Assembly (NCBI GenBank): GCA_965240325.2
Contig: OZ251229.1
Span: forward strand, 1,922,001-1,986,000
Direction: 5' to 3'
Origin: Rebecca billardiae RCC1528
Taxonomy: Eukaryota; Protista; Haptophyta
DNA length: 64,000 nucleotides
The position numbers and the translations under genes were made by a program. The notes under the pieces are model-generated. The model did not search any database. It was not told where the DNA came from and saw only the letters and a program-made list of their open reading frames with translations. Shown here in pieces: positions 34,351-44,189 of the stretch; position 1 is the stretch's first letter; each line of letters opens with the position of its first letter.

Positions 34351-35571
34351 ATGCCTGTGCCGCTCGCGGCGCGGGCGGGCGCGCAATGGATGACCGTCAC
34401 GCTCGGCATGTCGACCTACACCAACACGGCATTCCTTCGCGCCGGTGGGACCTCCACAGGCCACACGATCGCACGCGTGCTGGGCGCGAGCGTGTTTGGC
34501 ACGTCGATCAAGCTGTTCGAGCGGCACGCGGCCGACATCTTCGGGCAGCTGCACACGCACGCCCCGCTGTTTGCGATTCCGGCCATTGCTCTGTTCCTGT
34601 CGAATTACTTCAACTCGATCGCGCTCGCACGATGCGGTACGCGCCGCGCGCGCGCGACCGCGTGCGCTCGAAAGCGCACACATCGGCCGTGCTGAGTGGG
34701 CGCAGTGCATGCCGGGCGCACGGGCTGACGGCGGGCGCACCACGTGCTGCGCGCCCCGGCTCGCGCCGCAGGCATCACGGTGACCTACGTGACCAAGTCC
34801 GCCTCGCCTGTGGCGACGATCCTGCTCTGCGTCCTGGGCGGGTGGGGCGCACTGCCGCCCGCGCGCGCGCTGCTCGCCGTCCCTGTGGTGGTGCTGGGCG
34901 TGGCGATGTCGGTCTGGTCGAACGCGGAGTTTGACCGGCTGGGCTTCGCCGCGGCGTGCGCCTCGACGATCTGCCAGTCGCTCACCGGCATCACCGGCCG
35001 CGCGGCGATGCTGTCGTCCGGGCTCAACGGCGAGGAGGCGCACTGGCTGATGTGCTGCCTGCTGGTCGCGGGGCTGGGCGGAGCCAAAGGCGTGAGCACG
35101 CTCGCGCAGGGCGCGGCGGCGGTGGTGACGGGGCGGTCGAGCCCGCGGTTGCGCGCGTCGACGGCGTTGGGCGCCAAGGACGAGCGGCGCCCTCTCCCGA
35201 CCATCAAGCTCGGCAGTCTCGCGCGCGCGATCAGGCTGCGCAGACAGCCAGTGCAGCTGCCACCTGTGGGCAGTGCCGACACTCCGACCATCGGACACGC
35301 GCCGTTCGCGAGCCCGCACCCGCGAGTACGGCGCGAGCTGCTGCGCATACTGACGGCGGCGTCGTACCACATGGAGTACTCGCTGATGTTCACCTTCTCC
35401 GCGCTCGTCGACTCGGTCACTCTCGCTGTGAGCGACACCGTGCGGCGCTCCGGCATCGTGTACGTGGGCCGGCTCATGTTCGGAGGCAGCAGGCTGGTCC
35501 CGATTAATATCATCGGCGTGGTCACCGCGCTGCTGGGCGCACTGCTCTACTCCGCGCTGGCGAGGCACTAG
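34351..35571 (+). CDS. Triose-phosphate/nucleotide-sugar transporter (TPT/SLC35E)-family membrane protein; exons 34351-34636, 34772-35571
   Basis: Multiple TM helices and TPT-like motifs TYVTKSASP and VTLAVSDTVRR. Phase-1 GT-AG intron. Confidence 0.72.
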
Positions 35572-36294
35572 GCACGCGGCTCGGTGGCGCGCGAGCGGGC
35601 GGTGCTCCGCCCGAGCCGCGAGGCGAGCGAGCCCCGCGCTGCCGTGGGCTCCGTCCCTTCGTGACGGACTCGCAGGAGCGCGAGAGCGGCCGCCTGGGCC
35701 GTGCACGCGCGCATGCTGCCGACCGCTGCGAGCCGGGCGCGCCGCGAGGGCCCGCGCTGCCGCGGCGCGCGCAGAGGCGCATGCGCACGCTGTGCGCGGT
35801 TATGGTCTGGGCTGCAAGTGAGCGGCACGCCTTCGCTTGCCTGCGTCGCAGCCTTCATCTTGCCTCCGACTCGCGTGACGGTTGCGTGACGTCGTCTCAC
35901 GTCTGCTCCGGCTGAGGCCATGCAGTGAGTGTGTGCCGCATGGCGCATCCCCCCGCGCCCCGGCTGGCCAGACCGCACCTCGTTGTGCCTGATAAGTCGA
36001 TCGCGCTGTCGCGGCTGAGTGATCGACTGATCCGGCCTCGGGCTGATGAGACCTAGGAGACCCGCGCTGCGAGTGGGGGCACCCGAGTCGCTCCCCTGGC
36101 GGTGCCGGCGGTGGGGCGGCCGAAGCCCTGTCTCATCAGACGGGTGGACCGGTCGGAGTGGTCTCCGTCTTGGTCTGTCAGACGAATGTCCAGCCAAAAA
36201 TTGAAATGTTTCGCGTTGGCTACGTACGTGTTGTTGTAACCGCGGCGCGGGAATGGCGGCCCGCCGTCCAACAGCACGCACATCATCAGCGGCG

Positions 36295-39057
36295 ATGCGC
36301 ACTGCGGCCATCGTGGGTTGGTCACTCCTGAGCGTTGCGGTCGTCACCGGGCGAGTCGTGGCTCCGCATTCGCTCTCATCTCTCGAGACGGGGCTGCTTG
36401 AGAAGCACTTCAGCGGGCCGGATGTTGGCCTGACGGCGGCCATGCACGAGGTGACGCTTAGCGACGCGGAGCTCGCGACGTTTGTGCCACTCGCACTCAG
36501 CATGCTGTCAGCCGAGTCGAAGCTCGAGGAGCTCGTGCTGCGCGAACGACAGAGCGATCTCTCCGTCGAGGTGGTCGAGTGGCTCGTCGGCGTGCACGAG
36601 TTCCTCGCCTCGGGCGGCCTCCACCGCTGGTGTGACACTCGGCCACAGCTGGGCGACGCAGGGCTGACGCGCGCGCAGCTCGAGCAGGCGTGCGAGTCGA
36701 TGCCTGTTGACGCGCCGCGCGGGGAGCCTGGAGGCACCCCCGTGCAGCCGGATGGCACGACCACCGCAGTCGTCGTGCCCGTCGTGATCAGCGCCTTCTT
36801 GCCGACGGCCGCGCCGATCGGCGCGCCGACACGCGAGCAGCTGGAGTCGCTGATGGTGTCTGTCAACGAGCTGTGGGCGGGGATGCAGTGGCGGACGGGG
36901 TTCCCCGGGACCCGCACGCCGCCCAAGGACGGGCCCCGACCCGACACGCGCATACGCTTCGCCCTCGCAGACGTGCAGTACGTCGACGACGCGGCGCTCG
37001 CCGCCTGCCCGGATGGCGCCGCCACGGCTTCGGCGAGCGGCGCCTATGATCGCACATGGGGCTTCGCTCGGAGCGACGTGCTCAACCTGTACGTGTGCGA
37101 CATGGGCGAGACGGCGGGCGCGTGTGCGCGCTTCGGGGGCTCTGTGTTCGTGAACACGCGGCTCGTGGCCGCGCTGGCCGGCGCCGAGGCCGCGGGCGGC
37201 GGGAGCCCGAGCGCGCAGGCGCACGCCGCGCGCATGTCGGTGGCGCACGCGCTCGGCCACGCCCTCGGCCTGCACCACACTTTCCAGGGCGGCTGTGGCC
37301 TGCAGGGCGACGGCGTGCGGGACACGCCCGCGATGCAGCTCTCGCGCCAAGGATTCACCGACTGCCCCGAGCTCTACGAGCTGATAGTCGACGAGATGAT
37401 GGCGATGCTCCCCACTCTCAAGGAGCGCACCCTCCAGAGGTGAGCCAGTGAGAGAGTGAGAGGCAGGGGGAGGGCTGGCTGGGCTGAGGGGCACTCGCGG
37501 CTGTGCAGGGCTGGCTGGCCGCTGTGCTGCGCGCGCGCCGGCCGGAGACCTAATGGCCAGCTTGCGCGTGGCGATGGGCATGGTCGCGCGGCAGACGGTC
37601 CTTTGCTACCCGGCCACCAAAGCCTGCGACGCGCCAGCGAGGTGCCTCCAGCTGTGCGCCCACTGCGGCGCCGGAGCTGATGAGCTGCGCCCTCGCCGCC
37701 CTCTCGCCCCACTGTGCCAACCCCGCACCGCACCGCACCGCTCGCAGCTATGTGGACGCAGGCTGGTCTCGCGAGCGCGCGCAGCGCGAGTGGCGGAAGA
37801 GCGAGCCGCCGCAGGGCTGGCGGCCGTACTACGAAGCGCACATGCGCACCGAGCAGGGCGCGGCGGACGACACGTGTCCGGACGCAGCCGGCTTGGACGC
37901 TGTGTACAATATCATGAGTGCGCGCACGCTGCACGCGCACGCTGCGGGTGGTTGGCGCGGGCGCGTCTCGCGCGCCGTGCGCACGTCCGCGCGCGATGCA
38001 GCGCGCGCTGCGTGACACCTCCGTCCCGCCGCGCCCGCGGCCGTCCCCAGGCTACTCGTACTGCGGCGTGCGCTTCTCCGCTGGGCAAGTGGCGCGCATG
38101 CACGCGCTCGCGCTGAGCGACGCGGCTCCGTGGCGCGCGCTCACGAATCGAGCGAGCATCTTCCGCCCGTCCGAGGAGCGGCGGCGGTGGCGGCTCGTCG
38201 GCGTTGGCCGCTGTGCCGAGCGTGCGACTGTGGAGACGCGCGTCGCTCAGCTGGACGAGTGTCTCGCGCACGGCGCCGCGCCGCAGCTGGATGACGGCAG
38301 CCCGCGGCTCGTCTCCGCGGCGGCGGACGGGAGCTGCCAAGTGTTCGCAGCGCCAGCTGCGGACTGCCTGCACCCGGAGGCCCTGAGCGACCGCCCGGGC
38401 CGATGGCTCACCTACGCGCGGCGCGCCGAGAGCGCGCCCGAGCGCAACGACGCGTGGGTGGCGGAGAGCGGCTCGAGTGCGAGCGTCGAGCTCTCGGCGC
38501 GGGCCATCGAGCCAGGCACAGTCCTTGTCGCTCGCATCCGCGACGACCCGTTCCTAAGCAGTGCCGACAACTGGGCCGCGGTGTACCCTGCAGGCGCGAG
38601 CGCGACGACGGCCGAGGACGTGCCCGTGGACGGGCGGGTGTACTCACTGGGGACACTGCCCACAGTGGCGGCGGACGAGGCAGGCCGGCGCAAGACGCGC
38701 GAGCTGCGGCTGGACGCGCCGCCCGCGCACGGCGTGTACGCAGTGCGCGTGCACTGCTGTGCCGGCTTTGCCCCACTCCTCGGCGGCCAAGCGAGCCAGC
38801 GCGCCACGTTCCTCGTGAGCGAGGACCCGACCGAGCGGCAGCGCTTCGTGGAGTATATCGAGCGCGGCGAGGATCCGGCGGGGTGGAAGGGCGGGCACCA
38901 AGGGGGGCTGATCACGGCGCTCGTCTTTTGCGTCGTCGCGCTCGTCTGCGTGCTCGCAGGCGCGGTGTGGACGGTCCTCGCGCGGCACACGGGCGCTGGC
39001 AGCGGGCTGTCCTGCTGCTGCGAACCGGACGAGGCGGCCGGGGCGGAGCAGTACTAA
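36295..39057 (+). CDS. M43 (pappalysin/ulilysin-like) metalloprotease homologue lacking the catalytic Glu, type I membrane protein; exons 36295-37439, 37748-37917, 38051-39057
   Basis: Signal peptide, DTRIRF, LNLYVC, HALGHALGLHHTFQGGC, GDGVRDTP, Met-turn NIMSYS across an intron, and a C-terminal TM helix. Confidence 0.82.
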
Positions 39058-39959
39058 CGGGCGAGCCGCCACAACTCATCGTCTGCAATTGTCGTGCCGA
39101 ACAGGGATCGGTCACGGCGGATGGAAACGACACTCGCGACAGGCGTCGGACGTATCGTCCGTGAATGCTGCGCTATCAGTCAGTCATTCTCGAGGCCTAA
39201 TATGACACGTCGACAGTGACCTGCCGGTGACTAGTCGTAAGTCGGACTCACGAGTCCCGGCGGACGGTCGACGGCGTCACAGCAGCCATCACACGCACTA
39301 CTGGCATCTTACAGCGATCGAGGACCGTGTCATCTGCACTGTCTACTAGCGCAGTCTTAGCACGCGGCGCAATACTACCGCCGCAATATAATAATAGCAG
39401 TACTGATGAGCCGCCCTCGGACCAGCCAGACGGATACTGCTACTGATTACTGATCGCCGACCGGACTACTCGCACTAGTCGCAGGCTTCACACCGCGATC
39501 TCAGAGTGAGTAGTGACGAGAGAGTGAGTGGGCCCACCGGGCCAGCCGGCCAGCTAGAGCTTATTTGTCTGTTGTCAGCTCGTCCGGCCCGCCTCAGTCT
39601 AGTCGGAGCCTCTCAGAGACAGAGTCAGTAGACGGCTCGCTCGGCCGAGCGGCGCTGCCAGCGACGGCAGATCAAGCCATCACAAGGCCGAAGGCGGTCG
39701 ACCGGACACCGGTCGCGGGACGGCGCAGGCTTCGCGGGGCGGACGGTTGAAACTAACTGATGGCACCATCACTTGCGGGGCCAAATAGGCCGACGGTTGG
39801 CGCCAGCCGCGCCAGCAGACGTTGCGTGTTTATTGTCCGCTTCGGCGCCCTGAGCCCGTGGGGCGTGGCCGTGTTACTCACTGCGTTCACTGCCGTGCTG
39901 CGCAGTCATCGCGCTCGGTCGGTGGCGACGTCGCGCGCCGCCCGAATCAAAGCGCCAGA

Positions 39960-42308
39960 TCAAAGCATCCTCCCCAGCGGCGGCGCCGGCTCACCCGCCT
40001 GCCGCGGCACTGCTGCCGATGCCGCTGGCTCAGCAGGGCGCCGTGCCCAGCCGCGGCGCGCCCCTGCCACGACTCGGAGCGCTGCGGCCACCGCCGCCAC
40101 AAGCACGGCCAGCAAAGCGGCAGCGTTTGTGACGGCGCGCGCCGTCGCGCCGTCGCCGCCGTCGTCCGCGCGCGCCGCCCCCTCGTCGCGGCGGAGCCAC
40201 CAGCCCCCGGACCCGCCCCCGGACGCCGTCACGTGGATGTGCGCGAGTGGCGCCAGGTCGGTGTAGCCGTTGCAGCACAGCAGCTTGACAACGTAGTCGC
40301 CCGGGTGCGCGGGCGCTGTGAGCGTCGCGACGCGGACGGTGCGCCCGTCAGCGAGCACGTCGGCGACGCCGGCCGCGCTGATCGGGAGCTCGCTCAGCGG
40401 CTCGGCGGTGCGGCCGTACAGGGCCGCCAGCCCGTCCTCCATCCTGAACACGCCCAGCCAGTTGTCCGCCGACACGAGGTACGGGTCATCCACCACGAGC
40501 GCCTGGAAGGCCTGGCCCGCGCCCACGGTGCGGGAGGAGAGAAGCGCGGACCCGTCTGCGGAGAGGAGGTGGAGCTCGGCGGCGCTGCCGAGCGGCGAGA
40601 GCGGGCGGCGCGAGGCCGCGCCGGGCACGCTCACGTACGTCGTGAACGTGCGCCCGGGCTGCAGCGGGGCGAGCCCCCCCGGCTGCACGCACGCGGCCGC
40701 GGCCGCTGCCCCGAACGCGAGGCACTGTCCAGTCTGCCACTCATGGGAGACGGCCGCGCCCGCGCCGTGCACGCCGAGCGCCCACGCAAGACAGTCGTCG
40801 AGGGCGACGCCGGCCCCGGCGTCGACCGCGCCGCCCGCGGCGCACACGCCCGCCCCCGCCACGCCGAACCGCGCGCGCGCCGCAGACTGCCCCCAGATCT
40901 TCGGGCGCGCGAACGCCATCACGGTGTGCACGCGCGCCACCTGCCCGGCCGTGAGCGAGTTTCGGCACTCGTCGAAGTTGTAGCCCATCAGGTTGTAGGG
41001 CTGGGGCGGCGCGCGCGCGGCGCGGCGGGTGGGCGGGCGGGGCGGGGCCGGCGCAGCGCGCGGGTGAGGCGCCGTGCGCACACGCTCCGCGCGGTGCAGG
41101 CAGGCGTCGTCGCCCCTGCCTGAGCGCACGGCGCGCGCTTGCGCGCGCGCGCGCCGCGCTGGCCGCGCGCGCCGCGCGCGCCGCGCGCTCACGTCATCCT
41201 TGCCAGGCATGCCCGGACACGTGTCGTCCGGGTCGATGGTCGGCTTCGCGGCGAAGGCGGGGCAGCCCTGCCACGCGGACGCGCTCGACATCGCCGGCGT
41301 GTCCTCCACCTCGTCCCCCTCGCGCGAGCACCCGCCGTTGAACACGTGCCTCAGCCCGAGGGCATGGCCGGCCTCGTGTGCCAACACCACGCCGCGCTGG
41401 CTCGCGTCGGCGAGCGTGTCAGGGTCGAGCCAGATCGAGGCGTCGCGCTGGTGCGCGGGGTAGGTGGGCGGGTTGGCGTACCCGCCGCCATGGCTCGTGC
41501 CCGGCGGGTTGATGTCGCACACGAACACATTGACTACCTGCTCCGGGTCGAGGCCGAACGCAGACACGTGCTCGCGCGCGCGCGCGAGGTCGGCCGTCGT
41601 GTGGTCACACGCCGCGCGCGCGCCGTCGGGCGCACGCGTGAGGGCGACGAAGCGGAAGCGGACGCGCGCGTCGACGCGCTCGCCACCGAGGATCCCCCGC
41701 GCGTACGTCCCCGCCGGCCGCGCGTGCATCCCTGCCAGCAGCTCGTTGAGCCGCGCGAGCGTCGGCAGAACGTCGGCCTCCCGCGCCTTTGGGCTGAGCA
41801 GATGGAAGGCGACCGGCACCTCGACGAAGGTGGAGGCGTCGTCCGAGGCGAGCGCCGCGTCCTTCTCGAGCGCACGCGCAGTCGCGCCCGCCGCCGCCGA
41901 CGACGACGCGCCGCCGCCCGCCTTCGCCGCCGAGCACAGCGCGCCGAGCTGCGCGGCGCTCAGGCCCACCTCGTCGTCGCCGCTCGCCGGGTCGGCCGCG
42001 TACGCGGCGCACCAGCCGGCGAAGTGGCCGGTGTCGTGGAAGTCCTGCGCGCTGCCGAGAAGCTCGAGCATCGGCTCGTTCAGCCAGTCGTGCGCCGTCA
42101 TCAGCGCATCCAGCGTCGTCTCGCCAGTCAAAATGCGCGGCAGCAGCGGGCTGACGCGCGCGCGCTCGGCGGCGGTGAGGGGCTCCTCTTCGTCCGGCAG
42201 CTCGGGCTGGAGGGAGCGGCCCCGCGACGGCGCGCGCGGCGGAGCCGTCCGCGTGCCCGAGCACAGCGCGGCCCCCGCGAGCAGCAGCAGCAGCGGGACG
42301 CGCGGCAT
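39960..42308 (-). CDS. M43 (pappalysin/ulilysin-like) zinc metalloprotease, type I membrane protein; exons 42308-41193, 41000-39960
   Basis: Signal peptide MPRVPLLLLLAGAALCSG, HEAGHALGLRHVFNGGC, GDEVEDTP, Met-turn NLMGY, GQVARV and a C-terminal TM helix. Confidence 0.88.
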   Translation of the reverse strand: MPRVPLLLLLAGAALCSGTRTAPPRAPSRGRSLQPELPDEEEPLTAAERARVSPLLPRILTGETTLDALMTAHDWLNEPMLELLGSAQDFHDTGHFAGWCAAYAADPASGDDEVGLSAAQLGALCSAAKAGGGASSSAAAGATARALEKDAALASDDASTFVEVPVAFHLLSPKAREADVLPTLARLNELLAGMHARPAGTYARGILGGERVDARVRFRFVALTRAPDGARAACDHTTADLARAREHVSAFGLDPEQVVNVFVCDINPPGTSHGGGYANPPTYPAHQRDASIWLDPDTLADASQRGVVLAHEAGHALGLRHVFNGGCSREGDEVEDTPAMSSASAWQGCPAFAAKPTIDPDDTCPGMPGKDDVSARRARRARPARRARAQARAVRSGRGDDACLHRAERVRTAPHPRAAPAPPRPPTRRAARAPPQPYNLMGYNFDECRNSLTAGQVARVHTVMAFARPKIWGQSAARARFGVAGAGVCAAGGAVDAGAGVALDDCLAWALGVHGAGAAVSHEWQTGQCLAFGAAAAAACVQPGGLAPLQPGRTFTTYVSVPGAASRRPLSPLGSAAELHLLSADGSALLSSRTVGAGQAFQALVVDDPYLVSADNWLGVFRMEDGLAALYGRTAEPLSELPISAAGVADVLADGRTVRVATLTAPAHPGDYVVKLLCCNGYTDLAPLAHIHVTASGGGSGGWWLRRDEGAARADDGGDGATARAVTNAAALLAVLVAAVAAALRVVAGARRGWARRPAEPAASAAVPRQAGEPAPPLGRML

Positions 42309-42539
42309 GCCCGTTCCTTCCGTCCGCGATGTACCCGTTTTACGAGGCTCGTCAATCAATTGATCCGGTCAATCCGGTCGCACCGGTGACCGGGTTCCAC
42401 CGTACCACAGCATGGTGCACGACGGTCCGATGGGCGCGCGAGTCGCGCGCCCGTGATTCCTTTGGTGGCTTGCGCTCGTCTTGGTGGCTCGCGCTCGTCC
42501 ACCACGTGACCCAAGCATCAGTCACGCGCTGGGGGCGCG

Positions 42540-44078
42540 ATGCCTCTAGTCCTCCCGCCGCCGTACGGCCACTCCGACTTTGCGATCGCGGTGCAGCTCG
42601 CGCTGCGCGCCTTCCTCTTCTACACGTTCGTGCAGATCATCAAGATGTGCGCGTTCGGGACATCGTGGGCGGGGGAGACGTTTGGCTCGATGGACATGAA
42701 GGCCGCGCTCGGGATCGCGCAGACCATCGGCTATTTCGTCGGCCACTGGGTTGAGATGCTCATCGTGCCAAAGCTGGTCCGCCGGCAGCTCGCGCCGGCA
42801 GCCGCCGCGCTCGTGTTGGGCTCGGGCGGCGTGCTCGCCGTGGGCTGTGCGCTCCCAGTGCCTGCGTTACCCGTGTGTATGTTCTTCAGCTGCGTCATCC
42901 TCGCCAATGCGTGGGGCCTGATGGTGCGCTTCACGGAGGGGCGCGCGCGCACGGACGCCATCGTGTCGATGCTCAACTTCACGTACATCGGAATGAACGG
43001 CGTGGTGAAGGCGACGGCGCAGTGGCTGGTGATGCACGGCCTCTCGCCGCGTGCGATGGTGGCGGGCTTCTGCCTCTTCGCCATGGCTGGCGGCTCGGTC
43101 ATGGCCGCCGCCCTGGCGAGGGTGCCGCCGCCCTCCTCAGCCGACCTCGCGCTGCGCTGCGCTCGCGATGAGATGCGCTCGGTGCGCGCGGACGGCTGCG
43201 CGCTGCTGGCGCGCCACGGCGTGGGGTTGAGCCTGGTCCTGCTCACGTACATGGTGGTGGGCGTGCTGCGCACCGTCCGCGACTACTACGAGAAGGAGCT
43301 CTTCGACGCCGTCGGCATGGACGACCGCCCCACCGCGACGGCGGTGGCGGAGCTGATCTGCGGCATGGCGGTGCTGTGCATGACCGGTCTGCTCGCCTTC
43401 ATCGCAGACAGCTGGCGCGCGCTCAACGTCATCCTGGTGTGCAGCGCGATGGGCGGCGCGATGACCGCCGTGGTCACCCTCGCGTGGCGCGCGGGCATGG
43501 TCGGCGGGTTCGTGTGGGTGCTTGGCGTGGGCATGGCCATCTTCGTGCCCTACGTGTCGCTGGGCACCGTGCTGTTTGACCGGCTGCTCGCCGCTGCGCA
43601 CGAGCACCTCACGTCCTCCCTTATCATCATCGTGGGCGACGTGTTGGTCATGTTCGCGACCGTGGGCGCGCTCGCCAGGCTGAGGGCGCGCGGGCAGAGC
43701 GGCGAGGCCGACGCGGGCTCGGGTCGGGACGGCGGCATCGCCGCCTTCTTTGCAGACCGCTGCGTCGAGTCTGGCGTGGCCACGGCGACGATGACCGTCC
43801 TCGCCGTGGGCGCGTTCGCGACATCGATTACGCGGGCACTGCGCGCGCATGGCAGCGGCAACGCCAACGAGCTGGGCAAAACGTCACCGCCGCAGGTGTC
43901 CGATGCGACCGATGGCCACGTCCCTCGCGTGCTGGGCGGGGCCACCGTCGTCCCTGCTCAGGCGGACGACGAGCCAGAGGCTCTGATGGTCTCAGCACCG
44001 TCGAGCCCTACCCAGCTGCCAGCCAGCAGCAGCCGCAGGCATCATTTCATCGTCTCATCATCGTCGTCATTATTCTGA
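42540..44078 (+). CDS. Intronless multi-pass MFS-like membrane protein, DUF5690-like
   Basis: About 11-12 TM helices. Segments DMKAALGIAQTIGY, WGLMVRFTEGR, R.VRDYY and PYV...VLFDRLLA recall bacterial DUF5690. Confidence 0.7.
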   Translation: MPLVLPPPYGHSDFAIAVQLALRAFLFYTFVQIIKMCAFGTSWAGETFGSMDMKAALGIAQTIGYFVGHWVEMLIVPKLVRRQLAPAAAALVLGSGGVLAVGCALPVPALPVCMFFSCVILANAWGLMVRFTEGRARTDAIVSMLNFTYIGMNGVVKATAQWLVMHGLSPRAMVAGFCLFAMAGGSVMAAALARVPPPSSADLALRCARDEMRSVRADGCALLARHGVGLSLVLLTYMVVGVLRTVRDYYEKELFDAVGMDDRPTATAVAELICGMAVLCMTGLLAFIADSWRALNVILVCSAMGGAMTAVVTLAWRAGMVGGFVWVLGVGMAIFVPYVSLGTVLFDRLLAAAHEHLTSSLIIIVGDVLVMFATVGALARLRARGQSGEADAGSGRDGGIAAFFADRCVESGVATATMTVLAVGAFATSITRALRAHGSGNANELGKTSPPQVSDATDGHVPRVLGGATVVPAQADDEPEALMVSAPSSPTQLPASSSRRHHFIVSSSSSLF

Positions 44079-44189
44079 TGACGGCGACTGAGATGATATA
44101 CGAGGCGTACGTCTGCATGACTGGTGGCCTGCTCATCAGTAACGACTCATCAGAGATCGGACATCGGTGACGAGTTGGACTCACGTGCG

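Noticed and set aside
37440-37747. Long M43 intron as host of another ncRNA or extra exon
   Set aside because: No terminal stem with correctly ordered C/D boxes, and the flanking exons already join in phase.
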